Positions 18,083-26,409 of a stretch of 64,000 nt of DNA are shown here, piece by piece; within the stretch, counting starts at the first letter, position 1; the number at the start of each line of letters is the position of its first letter. The notes under the pieces were generated by a model that worked only from the letters and a program-made list of their open reading frames with translations, made no database searches and was not told where the DNA came from. The translations under genes and the position numbers were made by a program. The stretch is taken from positions 1 through 64,000 of the forward strand of contig JAZKFH010000055.1 of NCBI GenBank assembly GCA_040386535.1, read 5' to 3'. The stretch comes from Myxococcota bacterium. Lineage in GTDB: Bacteria; Myxococcota_A; UBA796; SXON01.

Positions 18083-19309
18083 ATGGAAGCGCTGATCTAC
18101 GAGTCTGAGGTCGAAGCCATGTCCGCCTGGATGGCCGACTTTCCCCGGGTGGAGACCGGCGGAGAGCTGTTCGGCCTCTGGACCCACACCGGCGCACCCG
18201 TCGTGATGCTGGCGATCGGCCCCGGCCCCCGGGCCCGACACAATGCGACCTCGTTCTACCAGGACACCACCTACCTGGAGACCGAGCACCGGCGCGTCTG
18301 GGAGGGGCACGGGCTCGTGGACCTGGGGAACTGGCACAGCCATCACCACATCGGCCTCGCCGAGCCGAGCGGCGGTGACATCGCCTCGGTGTGGGGCGGC
18401 ATGGCCTCCGCCGGCTGGGGCCGGTTCCTGCTCGGCATCGGCAACTTCCCGCACGGGGACGAGCGCGCCTGCACGTTCGGCGTCTTCCTTTTCGATCAGG
18501 CCCGCGACTCGTTCGCGCACGTGCCGGCGCGCATCCTCCCCGGGGCGAGCCCGCTGCGGCAGGCGCAGCGCTGGAAGAAACCGTGCCCGCGCTGGGCGAT
18601 CCGCGATCCCCGTTCGCTCGCCGAGGCGCTGCCCGCTGCCTGGTACACCGAGCCTGCCGCGCAGAAGCGCGTCGCACGAGAGATTCGGTCGCTCCAACTC
18701 CTCACGGAGCTCGGCATCGAGCACAGCGTGAAGCCCGACGGCGATCGGGTGGTCGTCGAGCTCTCGGGCGCCCGCACCGCCTGCATCGAGCTCCTCGCAG
18801 GCTTCCCTCACCGGCCCCCCGTGACTACGACCGATTGGCTCCAGGGCCCGTGGTACGCAGAGGGCAGCCTGGCGGACTGGGTATGCGGCGCGGTCGAGGC
18901 CGCCGAGGAGGCCGCGAGGGCAGACGCCTCCGAGGGCGCCAGCGCGAACGTGGAGGCCGAGGAGGAGGGCCCTGCCGTGGAGAGCGCGTCTCCCGTGGAA
19001 CAGCCGGAGCCCACGGTCGCGGTGGTTGACAGCGTCCATGAGCCGGTCGAGATTCCCGTCGTCGTGCCGGTTTCCGGCCTCTACGCCGTCGTGCTGCGAC
19101 AAGAGCCGGTCGCAGACCTCGCGCTGGTTTTCCCGCTTCCGAAGCCCTCCTCGCCCGATGGGTGGCTCGCAACGGCGGGTGGGGACGCCACTCCCGTGGC
19201 ACCGAGCCACGACTTCATCGAGGAGTACCTCGCGCGGGTGTCCGATGCGCACGCACCAGCGCGTCTCGAGAGCGAGCCCGCAACGCCCTACCTTCAGGAG
19301 CACCGCTGA
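18083..19309 (+). CDS. JAB/MPN metallopeptidase fused to an E2/RWD-like segment and an acidic tail
   Basis: ETGG...GNWHSHH....EPSGGD JAB motif; downstream KRVAREI...LAGFPHRPP is E2-like. GGAG RBS before ATG 18083. Confidence 0.85.
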   Translation: MEALIYESEVEAMSAWMADFPRVETGGELFGLWTHTGAPVVMLAIGPGPRARHNATSFYQDTTYLETEHRRVWEGHGLVDLGNWHSHHHIGLAEPSGGDIASVWGGMASAGWGRFLLGIGNFPHGDERACTFGVFLFDQARDSFAHVPARILPGASPLRQAQRWKKPCPRWAIRDPRSLAEALPAAWYTEPAAQKRVAREIRSLQLLTELGIEHSVKPDGDRVVVELSGARTACIELLAGFPHRPPVTTTDWLQGPWYAEGSLADWVCGAVEAAEEAARADASEGASANVEAEEEGPAVESASPVEQPEPTVAVVDSVHEPVEIPVVVPVSGLYAVVLRQEPVADLALVFPLPKPSSPDGWLATAGGDATPVAPSHDFIEEYLARVSDAHAPARLESEPATPYLQEHR

Positions 19310-19725
19310 TGGACCTTACAAAACGTCCTACCGTAGAGCGGAAGATCCTCGACAAGTACTTCCCCGGCTTCACCATCGACGCGTCCAGCGCGCGCGGGAC
19401 GCTCCGGTCCAACAGCGGCACCGCGTACGCGGTCCGGATCGACCTCACCGGTTTCCCGCATCGACTTCCGCAGGCCTACATCACGTGGCCTCGGCTGTTG
19501 ATGCATAACGGCGTCCCGCTCTCCGCGATCAACGGCAGCAGCACGATGCACGTGTTGGCGGCCGACGCCGCGGGCAATCCCCAGGTGTGTCACTGGCGTC
19601 GGGAACATTGGCTGCCCGAGTACACCGTGTACCAGGTGGTGATGAAGGTCCGGATTTGGCTCGAGGCCTGGGAGCGCCACGCCGCCACTGGCGATTCCCT
19701 GGATCGATTCCTCCCGCACGCCTGA
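19309..19725 (+). CDS. Ubiquitin-conjugating E2-like protein (138 aa)
   Basis: GFPHRLPQAY, MHVL......PQVCH (His...Cys), W.PEYTVYQVVMKVRIWL pattern of the UBC fold. TGATG coupling to the JAB gene. Confidence 0.72.
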   Translation: MDLTKRPTVERKILDKYFPGFTIDASSARGTLRSNSGTAYAVRIDLTGFPHRLPQAYITWPRLLMHNGVPLSAINGSSTMHVLAADAAGNPQVCHWRREHWLPEYTVYQVVMKVRIWLEAWERHAATGDSLDRFLPHA

Positions 19726-19766
19726 CTTGACCGTCCGAACCCAACCCTCAGGAGCGTTCCTTCACC

Positions 19767-20927
19767 ATGCAAACACCCCGTATCGCCGCCCTCCTCGGTT
19801 CCTTCCCCGCGCTCGGGCCCAGCGACCGCCTGCATGTACGCGGCACGCTACGCGACCGCGACGATGTCCTCCAGGTGCATCTTGACGAGGCCCACCCGCT
19901 TGGGAACGTTGTCGTCACCGACGATGCTACGCCACCGGATGTGAACGTGCCATTCGCTGTCGCGGGTGGCGTGGCTTGGGTCCGCCGCTCCGAGGGGTGG
20001 GTCGCGCTCCCCACGATCGGCACGGCCGCGGGCGTGCTGGCGCGCAACGCCGGCGTGCTCGAGAGCTCCCTGCTCGCCGATGCGTCGGTCGCCGTCATTG
20101 GGCTCGGGAGCGGAGGCGCCATCATCGCTGACCAGCTCGCAAGGGCTGGGGTGGGGCGCTTGGTGCTCGTCGACCGCGACCGCATCGAGGTCGAGAACGT
20201 CGGTCGCCACCTCTGCGACCTCACGGACCTCGGCCGCCGCAAGACCGCCGCCGTGGCGGATCGGGTGCGCTCGCGGAACCCGGCGCTGCGCGTCGACACC
20301 TTCGACCTCGACGTGCTCGAGGAGCCCGACGCCCTCCGGGCCGCGGTCGAGGGCTGCGCCGTGCTCATCGGCGCAACGGACGGGAACGCGAGCCGCCGCG
20401 TCGTGAACCGGCTCGCGGTCGAGACCGGGCGGCCGGCCATCTTCGGCCGCGCATACACCCGCGCCTCCGGCGGCGATGTCGCGCGCGTGGCACCTGGGGG
20501 CCCCTGCTACGACTGTCTGTACGCGGGGTTCGTGGCCGACGAAGAGGTGGCGTCATCGCGCTCCGCGGGCGCGCCTGCCTACGCCGACACCCCCGTGCTC
20601 GCGGAGCCCGGCCTGGCGCTCGACATCCTCCCCATCGCGCTCATGTGCGCACGGTTGGCGGTGCAGGAGCTCGTGCGCGGCCGCGGCTCCTCGCTGGAGA
20701 GCCTCGACGAGGACTTCCCCGGCGCGCTCTTCCTCTGGGCCAACCGGCGCGAGGGGCAGTTCGCCGAGTGGGCGCCCATGCGCTTCGGCCATCGCGGCTT
20801 CGCGGTGCACCGCTGGTATGGCCTCTCGGCCCCACGCAATCCCCGGTGCCCGACCTGCAACGAGGACGCCTTCCTCGCGACCCTGCTCGAGAGCGAGGGG
20901 GTGTGCGACCCCCAATCCCCGTCCTGA
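19767..20927 (+). CDS. ThiF/E1-like adenylating enzyme
   Basis: VIGLGSGG, VDRDRIEVENVGRH, DLGRRK, ATDG, Zn ligands CYDC and CPTC. Confidence 0.92.
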   Translation: MQTPRIAALLGSFPALGPSDRLHVRGTLRDRDDVLQVHLDEAHPLGNVVVTDDATPPDVNVPFAVAGGVAWVRRSEGWVALPTIGTAAGVLARNAGVLESSLLADASVAVIGLGSGGAIIADQLARAGVGRLVLVDRDRIEVENVGRHLCDLTDLGRRKTAAVADRVRSRNPALRVDTFDLDVLEEPDALRAAVEGCAVLIGATDGNASRRVVNRLAVETGRPAIFGRAYTRASGGDVARVAPGGPCYDCLYAGFVADEEVASSRSAGAPAYADTPVLAEPGLALDILPIALMCARLAVQELVRGRGSSLESLDEDFPGALFLWANRREGQFAEWAPMRFGHRGFAVHRWYGLSAPRNPRCPTCNEDAFLATLLESEGVCDPQSPS

Positions 20928-20984
20928 TTGGAGTCCCCATTGACCGACCGCAGCCGTCCCTCCCTCCCGTTTTTGGAGCCCGCC

Positions 20985-21752
20985 ATGGACCCCGTCCCCC
21001 GCGTCGTCCCCGACGCCATCCTGTCGCACCCTGACGCCGACGGTCGGCGGGAGGAGCTGTTCTTCGACCGGGGCAGCGGCCGCCTCGTCGTGCACCGTCC
21101 GGACGAGGCCACCGCCGACGAGGTCCCCGCCACGGAGATGGCCCGCACGGGCTTCTTCGCGGAGAACGTTTCGGGGGAAAACCGCGCGGTCCTCCATCGC
21201 CTCGAGCGGATCACCGATGAGAGCGACGACGAGCTCGTCTTCGACCCCTCGACCGGCAAGCTCATCGTCCAGCGGCGGGGCGCCCCCCCGCCAAGCCCGG
21301 ACTCGGTCTCCGCCGTCACGATGGCGCGGACCGGGTTCTTCTCCGGCTCCTCGGCGGTCGGCCCCTTCGCGGAAGGACTCCGGGACGGCGCCAACGGCGT
21401 GGACCGCTCGGGCGCCACCGCGGTGAGGCACGGCATGCGCGCCGTCGGGGTCCTGGGCGCGGGGACCGCCGGCGCGGCGCTGGCCGGGGCCGGCAGCCTC
21501 ACCGGGTACGCCGGGCTCGCCACGGGCGTCTCGACCCTCGGTCTGGGTGGCGCCACCACGACGATCGCATCGGTGGCGGGGCTCACCGCGGCCACGGGCG
21601 CGCCCCTCGCCGGCGCGGCCGCCACGTCGGCGGTGGTCGCTGCTGTGGGCGGGCCGCTTATCGCGGCGGCCGCGGTCGTGGGGGGCGTGGCGGCCGTCGG
21701 CTACGGGATCTACAAGGCGGGCAGTTGGATCGGTGAGGCGTTGTTCGGGTGA
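20985..21752 (+). CDS. Protein with two N-terminal ~36-38 aa repeats ending MARTGFF and a Gly/Ala-rich hydrophobic C-terminal domain; candidate modifier/substrate of the E1-E2-JAB operon
   Basis: GGAG RBS before ATG 20985; repeats at 21051-21158 and 21228-21341; the protein ends in Gly. Confidence 0.75.
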   Translation: MDPVPRVVPDAILSHPDADGRREELFFDRGSGRLVVHRPDEATADEVPATEMARTGFFAENVSGENRAVLHRLERITDESDDELVFDPSTGKLIVQRRGAPPPSPDSVSAVTMARTGFFSGSSAVGPFAEGLRDGANGVDRSGATAVRHGMRAVGVLGAGTAGAALAGAGSLTGYAGLATGVSTLGLGGATTTIASVAGLTAATGAPLAGAAATSAVVAAVGGPLIAAAAVVGGVAAVGYGIYKAGSWIGEALFG

Positions 21753-21768
21753 GGGCGACGGGGCGCGC

Positions 21769-22449
21769 GTGGCCATCGTCTCCGACCTCCACGTCGAACG
21801 CGGGGGCGAACTGCCAGGCGAGGTCGACGCCGACGTGCTCGTCGTCGCCGGTGATCTCGGCGACGCACGCCACGTCGAGGATGCACTCGCTGCCTTGTCC
21901 GACAGGGCGCCGGTGGTCGTATACGTCGCGGGCAACCACGAGTACTACGGGGCGGGCCCAGCGGAGACCAGCGAGCGGCTAGCCCGTGCGGCAGCCCGTC
22001 TGGGGAACCTCCGCTGGCTCGATTGTTCCGTCGTGGACGTGGCCGGCTTGCGCTTCGCCGGCACGACGTTGTGGTATCCGCGGCGCGCGTGGAGCGGGCG
22101 TCTGCTCGACGCGGTCGCGCCCGATGCTCTGTTCGTCCGGGATCTCGCTCCCTGGGTTCACGAGGAGGCTGCCCGCGCCGCCTCGTTCGTCGCGAACGCG
22201 GACGCCGACATCCTGGTGACCCATCACCTCCCTACCTGGCGCAGCGCATCCCGCCGCCTCCGTGATGCGGCCCTGAACGCGTATTTCGTGCACGACCTGG
22301 AACCTCACCTCGGTCGGTTTCGCCTCGTCGTGCATGGGCACACCCACCGGGCGTTGGACTACCAGGTCGGGAGGTCCCGAGTGGTGTGCCATCCGTGCAG
22401 GGCGAGGCCCCGCGTCATCGAGGTGGCGCCGCGGGTCGCGGGGGTTTGA
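21769..22449 (+). CDS. Calcineurin-like metallophosphoesterase
   Basis: SDLH, AGD, GNHE, THH and HGHTH motifs. Start codon approximate (GTG 21769 or 21733). Confidence 0.88.
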   Translation: MAIVSDLHVERGGELPGEVDADVLVVAGDLGDARHVEDALAALSDRAPVVVYVAGNHEYYGAGPAETSERLARAAARLGNLRWLDCSVVDVAGLRFAGTTLWYPRRAWSGRLLDAVAPDALFVRDLAPWVHEEAARAASFVANADADILVTHHLPTWRSASRRLRDAALNAYFVHDLEPHLGRFRLVVHGHTHRALDYQVGRSRVVCHPCRARPRVIEVAPRVAGV

Positions 22450-22613
22450 TCGAACCTGTCAGTCGAGGACCCTCGTCGGGCCCGAGGACGACGAGGCTTC
22501 AGCGCGCATCGAGGCCAACGCCCTCCGGCTCGACGAGGAAGACCAGGAAGCGGCCGCGGCGAAGTTGGGCGCACACCGCGCACGGGCGATTACACCGTTA
22601 CTTCGGAGCTACC

Positions 22614-23537
22614 ATGCCTCCTCGCGTCCCCGCGCTCCGTGTGTTCGTCGCGACCCGGGCCGTAGACGTATCGGCCGCCTGCCGTCGGTATCTGTCCGTC
22701 GATGGGTCGGTCCCGGGCGCACTCTGCACGTGGGATCACCATGTCACCGGAGAGGACATCAACCTCGACGCGATGCCGGACAGCATCGATCTGACCGGCA
22801 TCGATGGTGTGGGCACCACCCTCGCCGACACCGACGCGCTCGCCAGCGTGGTCGCGGTGCTGCTCGGGGGGCGCGCCTATTTGCCTCCACGGGCCCGGGC
22901 GGTGCTCGAGGCCGCCAGTCACCGCTGTGACCACCTGTTGCGGCAGCCCGACTATGACGGTCACACCGACCGACTGGGTGCGCGGCTCCACGCGTTCGTG
23001 AGCGCCAGCCTCGCGCGCCAGCCCGTTCAGGCGCGCGGCTCGGAGTTCGCCCGCCTCTGCCGTCTCGTCGCGCGGCGCGTGATGGCCGGCCGGAGCCTGC
23101 CTGGCGCCAGCCCGCCATCGTGGAAGCGCGCCCTCCGGCTCCTCGCAGAGGACGCCCGGGTGCGCGTTCGGGGACCCTTGTTCGTGGCCGACCTGCGAGG
23201 CTTGCCGCCCGAGCGCGTTCCAGCGCCCGATGCGCTTTACGCGGCCCATCCTACCTGCATCGCGGCGGTGTTTGTCTCGGACCACCGCGTTGGCGGCACC
23301 GCCTACACTGTGGGGCGCAACCCGCTCAACCCCGCGGCACTCCGAGACATCGGACCGGTGCTCGCCGCGCTCGCGAAGGCGGAATTCGCGCATGGGCCCC
23401 CGGCAGAGCTCGCAAGGCCGGGGGCCGCCTCCGAGAACTGGGGCGGGCGGCGTGAGGTCGGGGGCTCGCCGTGGAACTATGGGTCGAGGCTGTCGATCGA
23501 TACGGTTGTTGGGTTGGTGGAGGAGGGGATTGGGTGA
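22614..23537 (+). CDS. Hypothetical DHH-like phosphoesterase
   Basis: SVDG...WDHH...ADTDA motifs and C-terminal WGGRREVGGSP. Confidence 0.55.
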   Translation: MPPRVPALRVFVATRAVDVSAACRRYLSVDGSVPGALCTWDHHVTGEDINLDAMPDSIDLTGIDGVGTTLADTDALASVVAVLLGGRAYLPPRARAVLEAASHRCDHLLRQPDYDGHTDRLGARLHAFVSASLARQPVQARGSEFARLCRLVARRVMAGRSLPGASPPSWKRALRLLAEDARVRVRGPLFVADLRGLPPERVPAPDALYAAHPTCIAAVFVSDHRVGGTAYTVGRNPLNPAALRDIGPVLAALAKAEFAHGPPAELARPGAASENWGGRREVGGSPWNYGSRLSIDTVVGLVEEGIG

Positions 23538-23676
23538 CAGCCCTCCGGGCGCGATTCACGGTCCATCGCTGTCCTGCCGCGCAGCAGGAGGTCGCAATGT
23601 AGAGCTTTCGACGACCTTGTTCCGATGCTGGCTCTTCTTCGCCGCCTGGGAGAAGCGGACGCCTCGTTTGGCGCCC

Positions 23677-26409
23677 TCAGTCGCACGCTGTGCGCAGGCG
23701 CTCGAAGTGGCGCGCAAGGTCCGGCCCACGGTAGATCTGCGCGAGGGGAGCGGAGGCCATCGCCACCTCGGCGCGGAGCTCCTCGCGAGATGGGCCTGAG
23801 GACGCCGCGCCCCAGACCGCCGCAGACGTCGGCGGCGCGGCGCCTCGACAGAGTTGAACCGCGAGCGCCGCGGTCCGGAGCTGGCCCATCCTCGGTCCAG
23901 ACAACGGCGCGGCCTGCAGCACCACCTCCAGCCGCTCCGTCTGCCCGTCAGCCGCCAAGACGAGGCTCGCGCGCACGACGCACCTCTCAGCGGCCGTGCG
24001 GTCGATGCTGGTCAGGTGACCCATCTGGCCAAGGAGTGCGTCTTGTGCACCAATCTCCGCGGCGGTGTGACATGCCAGGAGCACGGCGGCCCCGCGATGG
24101 GGGCCCTCCGTGCGAGCGAGGGCCGTGAGGCGCGCGTGGAGAGTGTCCACTGGGCGCCCCGGCTCGGCGTGAAGAAGCGCCAGCTCCGCGCTCGCTACGC
24201 AGGCCAGCCACTCCGGGTCGAGCGGCTCTGGCCTCGCCGTGAGCAGCGCGTGCGCAACCGTTGCCAGCGCGGCGGAATTGTCCGCGACGGGCGCAAGGAC
24301 GGGGCTTTCGGCCAGGAGTGGCGGCACGAGCGAGCATCCGAGCGCCGTAGCGTTCGCCGTCCGCAGACGGGGCGCTTCGGCGACTCGACCGGGGTTCCCT
24401 CTCGGGCGCTCCTCTCCTGTCTCCACCACAACCCAGGCCTGCGAGAACAGGGTCTGGAGCGCGACGATGTCGGCCTCCCTCAACCGCGCCACCTGTTCAT
24501 CGGCCGTGAGCGCTGGATCGCTGACTGCGAGCCAGTCCCTCACCCCCGCGGGGGCGCCCGTCGCCAGCCGGGCCCATGCCGCATGCCCCCCGGGGACGGT
24601 CGACAACGCGGCGAGGTTGGTTGCCGTCCGCCAGTCGATCGGGGGTGCGGAACCGACGACGACTTCATCGAACGTCCGCCCCTGTGGGCAGACCGCGTTC
24701 GACGGGAGGTCGACCTCCCAGCGCAGCACGGCCCGGCCGGGTTCGTCCACGAAGGGAGGTGTGTCGGCGGCGAACCGCGCGCGCAGATCGGGTGCGAGCG
24801 CCACCCAGACGGGCTGGTCCCGGCAGGTAGCGTGGGCTTCCGGCCACCGCTCGGGTTGCTCCCTCGCCTCTCGCCAGGCGGACAGGCACCCGCGCGCCAG
24901 CTCGGCACCGAGGATTCGGGCCACCACTTCGGGATACCAACCGCTGTCAGAGAGGGCGGCGCGCACAGTGGGCACGTCGCCCGGTTGCCCGCGGACGGCG
25001 TCGAGCAGCCATCCCCCGAAGGCGCGCTCGGATCCTGTGATCAGCGGAGCACCGAGCCGCGTGCGGTCGGCGCTCCGCCAGGTCACAGCGGGGAGCACCT
25101 CGCTGCAGAAGCGGGCAGGCTCCAGGAGCGCCTCCCCGAGCGCAAGGGAGATCCGCTCGCTCGTCCCCCTGTCGTCGGCACACTCGGCGACGTGCGGCCG
25201 CAGGGACGCCACCCTCTCCGCGAGCGGCTGGTCGACGTGAAGCTCGGCGGCCGCAATCGGGAGGCATCCGCACCGGCCGAATCCGCTCGCTCCGAGGCTC
25301 GCGCATGCGGCTTGGGCCAAGCCGCCGAGCGTCTCGGGTTTCCAGAAGGCCCACCCCATCAGGCCGAATGTGGCGCCCAGCATCCCTATCACCGCGGACG
25401 CAGCCACTCCCGTCATCAGGGAGCTCCGCATCCGCACGCTGGCCGCCATCGCCGCCGTTCGTCGGGCCTCGTCCGCGAGGTACCGCATGCCGACGAGACA
25501 GTGACGCGCCGGGAGATCGAGGGGACTGTGCTCGAGGGAGGTCTGCAGATAAACCAGGGGGCGCGGGAGCCGGAGGCCTTCGAGGTCCACCAGGAGGTCA
25601 GCGCATACTGCGCGCGTGCACGCGTCGACCCGGAAGTACGCCCGAGCGCGTGCCTCCTCGCCGCCGGTCTCCGCGCGCCGGAGCGCTTCGTAGGCGTCCC
25701 TCAGCTCCTGCTGAGCGCTATCTCCCTCGTCGGGGTCGGCGCCGAAGCTCAGGAGGTCCGCGAAGCCGATCTGGATGGACGAGGCGAGTCCGGAGCAGTC
25801 CGCTCCACACCGGGAGAGGAGGGCGTCGACAAAGTTGGCGCTGTCGCGAAGGTCTTGCCGGACTTCGTGCAGGCCGGGGGCCGACTGCCGAATGGCCCGC
25901 TCGTAGGCCGTGCGTTCGGTGGAGGCGTTCACCCGGCCCCGGCCCACCACCTCACGGTCTCCCCCGACGGGTCTCAGGAACACGACCACGCCCGCCATCC
26001 GGGCCCCCTGCAGGATCTCGTGGAGCTGGTCTCGCGCCGCGCGGCGGGCCTCCTCGACCTCCCGATGGGCCACCTCCGACGCCGCGGCGGGCTCCTCGGC
26101 GGGTGTCGCCACGGCGACGTTCAACCTCGGCCGAACCACGTCCCCTGGCAGGTCGATCACCCGGAACACCTTCCTCCGCGGCATGAACAGCAGCCACTCG
26201 TCGACGCCTTGCGTGGGGCTTGCGGCGCTCGGCCGCTCCTCCAGGGTGATGCTTCCGTCTGGGTTGCGGCGCACGAGGCGGCTGCCCTGGTAGTCCTTCC
26301 ACCGCTCCAGCGTCCGCGACTTGCCGCAGCGGCGCGGCGCCACGAGCAAAATCGTTGGCAGAGCTTCGAGCTCAGAGCGCGTGCGTGGCAGTTTCGGGGT
26401 CCCCCTCAT
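23677..26409 (-). CDS. Membrane protein with an N-terminal P-loop GTPase-like domain (910 aa)
   Basis: LLVAPRRCGKS (Walker A-like), VIDLPGD (G3-like), one hydrophobic segment, Cys-rich C-terminal part. Start overlaps the kinase stop. Confidence 0.55.
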   Translation of the reverse strand: MRGTPKLPRTRSELEALPTILLVAPRRCGKSRTLERWKDYQGSRLVRRNPDGSITLEERPSAASPTQGVDEWLLFMPRRKVFRVIDLPGDVVRPRLNVAVATPAEEPAAASEVAHREVEEARRAARDQLHEILQGARMAGVVVFLRPVGGDREVVGRGRVNASTERTAYERAIRQSAPGLHEVRQDLRDSANFVDALLSRCGADCSGLASSIQIGFADLLSFGADPDEGDSAQQELRDAYEALRRAETGGEEARARAYFRVDACTRAVCADLLVDLEGLRLPRPLVYLQTSLEHSPLDLPARHCLVGMRYLADEARRTAAMAASVRMRSSLMTGVAASAVIGMLGATFGLMGWAFWKPETLGGLAQAACASLGASGFGRCGCLPIAAAELHVDQPLAERVASLRPHVAECADDRGTSERISLALGEALLEPARFCSEVLPAVTWRSADRTRLGAPLITGSERAFGGWLLDAVRGQPGDVPTVRAALSDSGWYPEVVARILGAELARGCLSAWREAREQPERWPEAHATCRDQPVWVALAPDLRARFAADTPPFVDEPGRAVLRWEVDLPSNAVCPQGRTFDEVVVGSAPPIDWRTATNLAALSTVPGGHAAWARLATGAPAGVRDWLAVSDPALTADEQVARLREADIVALQTLFSQAWVVVETGEERPRGNPGRVAEAPRLRTANATALGCSLVPPLLAESPVLAPVADNSAALATVAHALLTARPEPLDPEWLACVASAELALLHAEPGRPVDTLHARLTALARTEGPHRGAAVLLACHTAAEIGAQDALLGQMGHLTSIDRTAAERCVVRASLVLAADGQTERLEVVLQAAPLSGPRMGQLRTAALAVQLCRGAAPPTSAAVWGAASSGPSREELRAEVAMASAPLAQIYRGPDLARHFERLRTACD

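Noticed and set aside
19767..20927. ThiF/MoeB for thiamine or molybdopterin biosynthesis
   Set aside because: No thiS/thiG/moaD/moaE neighbours; the context is E2 plus JAB.
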